DNA of 64,000 nt from Candidatus Woesebacteria bacterium GW2011_GWB1_33_22 (GTDB lineage Bacteria > Patescibacteriota > Microgenomatia > UBA8517): the NCBI GenBank assembly GCA_000989765.1, contig LBOW01000005.1, forward strand, positions 661-64,660, given 5' to 3'. The notes beneath the pieces are model-generated. The model had not been told where the DNA came from. It saw only the letters and a list, made by a program, of their open reading frames with translations, and did not search any database. The translations under genes were made by a program, and so were the position numbers. This document shows, piece after piece, positions 57,614 to 64,000 of the stretch (the first letter of the stretch is position 1; each line of letters starts with the position of its first letter).

Positions 57614-58663
57614 CTATTGTGGCAGGAACTCTTTAACATTTTGTGAAGTAACATGAAATTCTGTGCCCTTTCCTTCAACCATTAATCTTGCAACTTTTCT
57701 AACAACTCCACCAATTGTTCTTTCCATTGTACGAATTCCAGCATCATAACCTAAAGGTCTAACTAAATTGGCCCAGACATCATCATCAATTTTTAAAGAC
57801 TCCGCAGGAAGTCCTGCAGCTTTCATTGCTCTTGGAAATACATATCTTTGCCCTATTGTGATTTTTTCTTGATCAGTATACGAGGGCATCATAATTGGCT
57901 CAATTCTATCCATCACGGCAGTTGAAATATTTGTTGTATTGTTAGCAGTTGCTATAAAAATACATTCTGAAAGATTAATAGGATAATCAATATAATGATC
58001 TGTAAAAGCATGATTTTGACCAGGGTCTAAAAGTTCAACTAAGACGCCCATAATAGACGCTCTTCCTTGATCTGTTACTCTATCAATTTCATCAAGTAGT
58101 ATTACTGAATTTCTAGTTCCAGTATCGCGAAGGGCCTTTATAATTTTCCCAGGCTCAGCTTCAGGATGCATTTTACTTTGACCACGAAGGTCCAAAGGAT
58201 CTCCCATACCTCCAAATGGGATACGGGCAATTTTTCTGCCCAGAGCTTCTGCAATTGAAAAAGCAATAGTTGTTTTACCTGTTCCAACCAAACCCACAAA
58301 ACAAAGGATTGGAGCGCGATACACATCCTGACTCTCCCCCTTTTCCTGTTTTAGTTTCATAACAGCTAGATATTCCAAAACTCTTTCCTTTATTTCTTCT
58401 AATCCAAAATGGTGTTCGTCTAGAATTTTTTTAGCATTAATTAAATCCAGATTATCTTGAGATTTTGTGTTCCATGGCAAAATAGTAATCCAATCAATAT
58501 ATTTATTCATCCTGTCATATTCTGGTAAAAAGGTGGGGGAATTTGTTAATTTCTTGAGTTGTTCAAGTCTAATTTGTACAGAAGCTTTTAGTTCATCAGG
58601 AACAGATGAATTTTTAACTTTTTCACCAAGTAAATTAATCTCATCAAAGGCAGTATCTAACAT
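57614..58663 (-). CDS. Lon-type AAA+ ATPase module without protease domain
   Basis: LPW, LDEHHFGL..IKERVLEYLAV, GLVGTGKT, LLDEID, LDP.QN..F.DHY; ends before any S16 domain. Confidence 0.88.
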   Translation of the reverse strand: MLDTAFDEINLLGEKVKNSSVPDELKASVQIRLEQLKKLTNSPTFLPEYDRMNKYIDWITILPWNTKSQDNLDLINAKKILDEHHFGLEEIKERVLEYLAVMKLKQEKGESQDVYRAPILCFVGLVGTGKTTIAFSIAEALGRKIARIPFGGMGDPLDLRGQSKMHPEAEPGKIIKALRDTGTRNSVILLDEIDRVTDQGRASIMGVLVELLDPGQNHAFTDHYIDYPINLSECIFIATANNTTNISTAVMDRIEPIMMPSYTDQEKITIGQRYVFPRAMKAAGLPAESLKIDDDVWANLVRPLGYDAGIRTMERTIGGVVRKVARLMVEGKGTEFHVTSQNVKEFLPQ

Positions 58664-58686
58664 AATTTAAGTATAACTGAAAAATA

Positions 58687-59514
58687 TCATTTTAGCTTTT
58701 TAATATTTACATTCCCCAATATTGCTTTCATTTGAATAATTGCAATTTGATTTAATTTTATTAATCTTTCAGACTGTGATAAACAATCTCTTATCAATTC
58801 CGCATTGATCCCTTCTAAATTAGCCAAAACCACAAGTTGGGTTACATCTGAGTAATCGCGGATATTTCCTTCTAATTTTGGATTATTATCTCGCCATTCT
58901 TTAGCAGTTATTCCAAACAAGGCTACATTTAAGACATCTGCTTCGCTCGCATAAATAATCTTTGCTTTATTTTTAGAAATATTTGCTGGGATCAAATTTT
59001 CTTTAATTGAATTCGTATGAATTTTGTAATTAATTTTGGTTAATGTCCGCTTAACATTCCATCCTGATGCAAGCCTTAGATTTTCGTCTTCTTTCAGTCT
59101 CTGAAATTCTTTAATTAAATAAAGTTTAAATTCAGGCGACAACCATGTTGCAAATTCAAAAGCTATGTCTTTATGAGCAAAGGTTCCACCATTTCTGCCA
59201 GATTTAGATACTAACCCAATGGCGTTTGTAGTAATAATCCACTTGGTTGGAGATAGTACAAAATTATTACTACCAGACTTTGACCAAAACCCGTCGAATT
59301 CGACGGGTTTAAAATTAAAATTGTTTAATTTTTCCCACAAACCTAAATATTCAATCGTGCTCCTGTTTCTCATCCAATTTTTGATTACATCATCAGTTTC
59401 AGAAGTACCCCGATATTTTGCTATATCAGTAAGTGAGATATAATCAGTATTATCTTTTTTAAATACAACTATTTCAATTTCTTTAACAGTAATTTTTTGT
59501 GAAGCAACCGACAT
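58687..59514 (-). CDS. KilA-N domain protein
   Basis: DYISLTDIA, NWMRNRST.EYLGLWE, GGTFAHKDIAFEFA.W.SPEFKLYLIKEFQRLK. Confidence 0.9.
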   Translation of the reverse strand: MSVASQKITVKEIEIVVFKKDNTDYISLTDIAKYRGTSETDDVIKNWMRNRSTIEYLGLWEKLNNFNFKPVEFDGFWSKSGSNNFVLSPTKWIITTNAIGLVSKSGRNGGTFAHKDIAFEFATWLSPEFKLYLIKEFQRLKEDENLRLASGWNVKRTLTKINYKIHTNSIKENLIPANISKNKAKIIYASEADVLNVALFGITAKEWRDNNPKLEGNIRDYSDVTQLVVLANLEGINAELIRDCLSQSERLIKLNQIAIIQMKAILGNVNIKKLK

Positions 59515-59516
59515 AA

Positions 59517-60138
59517 CTAAAGTATAACAGGAAGTTCAAAAAGTGAGTATATTGTCTCACACTTATCCGATTTTCTATTGTCTTTTCTATTTAACCAGAT
59601 TGCTCTAATTTCATTCTTGGTTAAAAATTCACAAATTGTCTCTTTATCATCAACTATAATTGCATCCTTTGGAATTTTTTCTAAAACCTCTTTTGTATCT
59701 TTTGCATCAACTATAAAAATTAAATCTTTATCAAAATATTTATTTAGACCTAATGATTTAAATTTATGATTTTGAAATTTCTTGGTTCCTTCTGAATATA
59801 TTCCCAATCGATATTTATCTTTTAATTTTTCTAAAACTTCTAAAGTTTCTTTATATACATTTACATTATATATATGCGTATTCTGGAGCATAAAAAACAT
59901 CTTGAAGTTTTTCTTCGTTTCTAAAATTGAATTTCTTACACAGTTTTTTAATATAATCTTCAGGAACAAAATATCTATCGTTAGTTAAGGTTTTTAAATA
60001 ATCAATCTCTACTTGTTGAAAACTTGATAATTCAGGGTAATTTAATAATTTAAGAATTGTTGAATCAAGCAATTCAATCATTCCGCTAGTATCAAAAATT
60101 GTTCTATCAATATCAAAAAGAATTATTTTGTTTTTCAT
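59517..60138 (-). pseudogene. HAD-family hydrolase, frameshifted near 59866-59875
   Basis: Motif I (ILFDIDRT) in one frame; LGIYSEG, K and VDD in another; break at a (TA)n run. Confidence 0.8.
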
Positions 60139-60168
60139 ATTGAAGTATTTTAACAGATTGCGGAGCGT

Positions 60169-60199
60169 ATCGCGCAATGATCGCGCAAAACATCGCGCA
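60169..60199. repeat. Three ATCGCGCA direct repeats
   Basis: Starts at 60169, 60180 and 60192. Confidence 0.8.
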
Positions 60200-60258
60200 G
60201 ACATATGAGCCGATTGCAAGCATGAAAAATTGAATTTAAAAAATAACCACGCAAAGTT

Positions 60259-62646
60259 TTACCTATTTGCGTTTTGGTCAGTTTGAAAGTATCTTGAAGT
60301 TGGAAAATGTGGGCCTGATGACCTTCCATCTGTTGCAGGTCTATCTGCATTACCCCTATTGTCTCTTCCTCCAAAGGAGGACCCGCCTCGGGCGGGAAAT
60401 CCACCTGTTCTTGGTCCTCTTGATCCACCAAAAGATGACCCGCTTCGAGCTGGATATCCACCTCTTGAGCCTCCGCCTCTATAACCACCACTTGAGGGTC
60501 TCCTATCAGAAAAACCACCTCCACGATCTCCTCCTGTTCTTTCCCTTTTTGCACTGTCAATCTTTTCATCTGCTGCGGGATCCATGTTCATAGAAAGGTT
60601 AACTCTTCCCATGTCATCTATCTTTTTAACTCTTACTTTTACTTTGTCTCCAATTTTGACAACATCAGAAGCATCAGCAACAAACCCCTCTTGTCCCATA
60701 TCTGAAACATGAACCATTCCATCTTTTCCAGGAAGTATATTTACAAATGCTCCAAAAGGCATAAGTCTAACAACCTCACCATCATATATTTCACCAGCTT
60801 GTACCTCTTTGACTAATCCTTCAATCCAAGCTATGGCTTTTGCTATCTTCTCTTCATCCATACCTGATATTGAAACTTTTCCATCGTCTTCTACTTCGAC
60901 CTCGGTCTCAGTCTCTGCCATTAACTTCTTGATTACTTTTCCACCAGGACCTATTAATTCTCCAATCTTTTCAACTGGGATTGTTACAAGTTTTATCTTT
61001 GGAGCAAAAGCAGAAACTGTCTTTTTTGGTTCTTTTATTGTATCTGTTATAACTTTTAATATCTCAGCCCTACCCACTTTTGACTGATCAAGCGCTTTTG
61101 CTAAAATTTCTGGAGTTAAATTTAAAGTTTTAACATCTAATTGAATTGCTGTAATTCCTTTTTCAGTTCCCGCAACTTTAAAGTCCATGTCACCATTAAA
61201 ATCTTCAAGTCCCATTATGTCTGTTAATATGGCGACGTCAGTGCCTTCAATAATTAACCCCATGGCAATACCTGAAACTGGAGCTTTAATTGGCACACCC
61301 GCATCCATTAAGGCTAAAGATGATCCACAAACTGAAGCCATTGATGTTGATCCATTGGAACTCATGACCTCAGAAACTACTCTAATTGCATATGGAAATT
61401 CTTCCTGTGTAGGAAGAACAGGAATTAAAGCTTTTTCGGCCAAGGCTCCATGCCCTATTTCACGTCTGCCTGGATTTCCCACTCTTCCCACTTCACCTGT
61501 TGTAAAAGGAGGCATGGAATAATGATGCATATAACGCTTTTCTTCTTCACCTTCTGCAGTTTCCAAAAGTTGCCCCATCTTAGAAGCGCCAAGTGTAGCA
61601 ATTGAAAGAACTTGGGTTTGGCCTCTTTTAAATAGTCCCGATCCATGTGTTCTGGGAAGAAAACCAATTTCTGCACTTAATGACCTAACTTCAGTTAATT
61701 TCCTACCGTCAGGTCTTATACCTTTTTTAAGAATCTGTTCTCTAATGTAGTCCTTTTTGATATGGTCAATAATTTCTGCCACAAATTTCTTTTCTGTTTC
61801 AGTAACTTCATCAGAAACAGCATTTACTAACTCCATAAAATCACCAGATGCACCTTCGTGGGTAGCCATGTTTTTTACTAAACTCGAGATTTTATCATCT
61901 ACTAGTTTATGTACTTGTTTTTCTAACTCTTTAGGAGGAGTAACTTCAGTGTAAACTTCTCTTTTAACATCTAATTCTTTGACAAAATCTTCAATAGCTG
62001 AGTTTATTTTTTGAGCTTCTTCAAAGGCTAGTTTGACTCCATCTACAATTTGGGCCTCAGTTACCTCTTTTGCCCCAGTTTCAATCATTAATACAGCCGT
62101 TTTTGTTGAAGAAACTACTAAATCTAGAGAAGAACTTTCTAATTCTTGATTGGTTGGATTAACTATAAAGTCAGTGTCTTTCATTCCCACATTAACTACA
62201 GCAACTGGACCTTTCCAAGGCAAATAACTAGCATGGACCGCAGCTGAGGCTGCAATTGCACCCAAAGTAACAGGTGAATTCACTCCATCAACTGACAAAA
62301 CAGTAACTATTATTTGAACTTCTTTTTTGTAAAGCTTGGGGAAAAGTGGTCTAATAGAACGGTCAATTAACCTAGCAGTTAAAATTTCTTCATCTGTTGG
62401 TCTGCCGTCCCTTTTTACCCAACGGCTTCCTTTAATTTTTCCACCAGCATATAATTTTTCTTGATATTCAACAGAGAGTGGAAAATAATCCATTTCCATC
62501 TTCAAAGGAGCTGAGGCAACGGTTGCCAAAACAACAGTATCACCTAATCTTGCCATAACAGCACTATCAGCTTGTTCTGCTAATATTCCTGTTGTAATGG
62601 TAATTTTTTTACCACCTAATTCGAATGTTTTCTCTACTTTTTTCAT
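60259..62646 (-). CDS. pnp: Polynucleotide phosphorylase with RGG-rich tail
   Basis: RLIDRSIRPLF, RREIGHG, SNGSTSMAS, DMDFKVAG, KH and S1 domains. Confidence 0.98.
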   Translation of the reverse strand: MKKVEKTFELGGKKITITTGILAEQADSAVMARLGDTVVLATVASAPLKMEMDYFPLSVEYQEKLYAGGKIKGSRWVKRDGRPTDEEILTARLIDRSIRPLFPKLYKKEVQIIVTVLSVDGVNSPVTLGAIAASAAVHASYLPWKGPVAVVNVGMKDTDFIVNPTNQELESSSLDLVVSSTKTAVLMIETGAKEVTEAQIVDGVKLAFEEAQKINSAIEDFVKELDVKREVYTEVTPPKELEKQVHKLVDDKISSLVKNMATHEGASGDFMELVNAVSDEVTETEKKFVAEIIDHIKKDYIREQILKKGIRPDGRKLTEVRSLSAEIGFLPRTHGSGLFKRGQTQVLSIATLGASKMGQLLETAEGEEEKRYMHHYSMPPFTTGEVGRVGNPGRREIGHGALAEKALIPVLPTQEEFPYAIRVVSEVMSSNGSTSMASVCGSSLALMDAGVPIKAPVSGIAMGLIIEGTDVAILTDIMGLEDFNGDMDFKVAGTEKGITAIQLDVKTLNLTPEILAKALDQSKVGRAEILKVITDTIKEPKKTVSAFAPKIKLVTIPVEKIGELIGPGGKVIKKLMAETETEVEVEDDGKVSISGMDEEKIAKAIAWIEGLVKEVQAGEIYDGEVVRLMPFGAFVNILPGKDGMVHVSDMGQEGFVADASDVVKIGDKVKVRVKKIDDMGRVNLSMNMDPAADEKIDSAKRERTGGDRGGGFSDRRPSSGGYRGGGSRGGYPARSGSSFGGSRGPRTGGFPARGGSSFGGRDNRGNADRPATDGRSSGPHFPTSRYFQTDQNANR
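60367..60396. repeat. Two abutting 15-nt hairpins in the pnp tail
   Basis: TCCTCC-AAA-GGAGGA followed by CCCGCC-TCG-GGCGGG. Confidence 0.8.
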
Positions 62647-62663
62647 TAATCTTTTTTGAAGTT

Positions 62664-62691
62664 TCTAGTGTCTAATTTCTAGTGTCTAGTT
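62664..62691. repeat. Four tandem heptamers between rpsO and pnp
   Basis: tctagtg tctaatt tctagtg tctagtt. Confidence 0.7.
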
Positions 62692-62959
62692 ACTTGTTCA
62701 ACTTTAATTCTTTAATCAAATCTTTGTATCTTTTTTCGTCTTTCTTCATTAAGTATGACAGAAGTCTCCTTCTTTTTGCAACCATTGAAAGAAGTCCTCT
62801 TCTTGAGTGAACATCTTTTTTGTGTTCCTTTAAGTGTTCTGCAAGTTTATTAATCTTTGTCGAAAGAAGTGCAATTTGAATTTCAGGAGATCCGGTGTCC
62901 CCTTTTTCTTTTGCAAACTTTTTAATTAATTCTTTTTTTTCCTCAGGTTTTAATGCCAT
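62690..62959 (-). CDS. rpsO: 30S ribosomal protein S15
   Basis: [23 protein letters not shown]. Confidence 0.98.
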   Translation of the reverse strand: MALKPEEKKELIKKFAKEKGDTGSPEIQIALLSTKINKLAEHLKEHKKDVHSRRGLLSMVAKRRRLLSYLMKKDEKRYKDLIKELKLNK

Positions 62960-63045
62960 ATTGTTTAAAAATGTGTATTGCTAAAGTAGATCCATAAAGC
63001 ATTATGTAGGATAAACCTTGCAAACAACTAGTGAGTATTCTAGCA
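62960..63045 (-). promoter_or_regulatory. rpsO promoter and structured 5' leader
   Basis: TGCTAGAAT extended -10, then a ~70-nt leader with nested pairings (CATAA/TTATG, ATCC/GGAT, TTGC/GCAA, TTGTTT/AAACAA). Confidence 0.5.
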
Positions 63046-63072
63046 AATTAAGTTTAAAAAAACAAAGGGTAA

Positions 63073-63990
63073 TTAATAAACTATCTTGTCAGACGTATCT
63101 ACACCCTTTGTCTTGTAACGTAAATGAACTGACACCATGTCGTGTTTAACACTTTCATTTCTAGGGCTTATAACAACCATGGCATTTCTACAGTTCCAAT
63201 CTCTGTCGTTAATCTCTCTGGAACCATCTCCTGTCAACTCAGGGGCAAAGGTAGTAAGAGTATTTTTCTTCCAACTCAGACTTTTGGAAACTGGTCTATA
63301 TTCAACATGAGTCTGTCCCTTGTTTTCACCAGGTTTCGTTTCAATTGTTCCAACTTTCTTCCAACAAACTCTACCATTAGAATCTTCGTGACAATCATAT
63401 ATATGTATATTACCTTTAGTGTCTTGTCCAACTGCCATAACAGTATCTTTAAAAGAGTATTTATCACCAGATCTTTCCACTAAAATTCTCATACCGTTCG
63501 ACATAAAAATTCCACCATCTGGATATTCACCCAAAACTACAAGTTTTTGAAATTTAACACCACCCTGATATCTACCAAGATATCTATCCAGTGCAGGTAA
63601 TCTGTCGACGACTAAACCATCTGGTTCATCCAACATAACATCCCATCCATCTTGAACTACGGCGTCTGAAATTTTATTAAACCTTTCAGTTGTTAGTTCT
63701 CTCACAGGAATTGGAACAACATTTGCCTGATGATAAGCATCCTTTAAGAGACTGGGTAAAAGATGGCCTAGATCTGGGTCATCTTCAGACGAAAGTGTTC
63801 CATGGACAGACACAAAAACGGCAAACATTAGCTGTAGTGACAAACCTACCTTATCACCAACTAACACATGAATTTGATCTTTAATCCTCTGAAGGGCTGT
63901 TTGACTCTCAACTTCACTTAAGCCGCCTGTCAAAGATTTCCCGTCAAAACTAAGATGAGCGATTTCTGCTGCATGATAAATCCTTTCCAC
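63073..63990 (-). CDS. Hypothetical protein; start may lie beyond the window
   Basis: 305-aa open frame with no recognised motifs. Confidence 0.7.
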   Translation of the reverse strand: MERIYHAAEIAHLSFDGKSLTGGLSEVESQTALQRIKDQIHVLVGDKVGLSLQLMFAVFVSVHGTLSSEDDPDLGHLLPSLLKDAYHQANVVPIPVRELTTERFNKISDAVVQDGWDVMLDEPDGLVVDRLPALDRYLGRYQGGVKFQKLVVLGEYPDGGIFMSNGMRILVERSGDKYSFKDTVMAVGQDTKGNIHIYDCHEDSNGRVCWKKVGTIETKPGENKGQTHVEYRPVSKSLSWKKNTLTTFAPELTGDGSREINDRDWNCRNAMVVISPRNESVKHDMVSVHLRYKTKGVDTSDKIVY

Positions 63991-64000
63991 TACACATCTA

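Noticed and set aside
60150-60593. Alternative-frame ORFs over the pnp tail
   Set aside because: Explained by the GC-rich low-complexity tail; no independent start signals
1-64000. CRISPR array, rRNA, intron/intein, IS element or alternative genetic code
   Set aside because: No spaced repeats, rRNA-like tracts or transposases seen; RecA and RpoB/C are uninterrupted; TGA terminates several conserved genes

Overview
AT-rich bacterial chromosome segment read with code 11 (TGA is used as stop). Gene content and sequence style point to Patescibacteria/CPR, probably Microgenomates (inference: no rpmD, short AlaS, sortase, DUF3048, baseplate-J-like membrane protein). Almost everything is on the minus strand. 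The core is the translation/transcription supercluster: rpoBC, rpsL-rpsG, four inserted genes, fusA-tuf-rpsJ, the S10/spc/alpha genes, and rplM-rpsI. It is flanked by secDF, dtd, miaA, two ABC systems, HU, rny, recX/recA, mltG, ruvX, sortase, alaS, ftsK, rnj, udg, a PIN/RHH toxin-antitoxin pair, a Lon-like ATPase, pnp and rpsO. Features missing from the ORF track include RNase P RNA, tRNA-Pro(GGG), rpmJ, secF (partial) and two 40-aa genes. Main oddities: EF-G with rewritten guanine-specificity motifs (NKxN, GDNR); two DNA glycosylases without Fe-S ligands; RNase Y, RNase J and PNPase that all deviate from the canonical form; a protease-less Lon; S4 apparently broken by a deletion next to unusual S12 alleles; short palindromes in frame inside proteins; a duplicated microsatellite-containing promoter-like motif; many leaderless-type promoters; and an FtsA-like/TM/baseplate-J-like protein coupled to a sortase. 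All calls come from reading motifs by eye; no searches were run.
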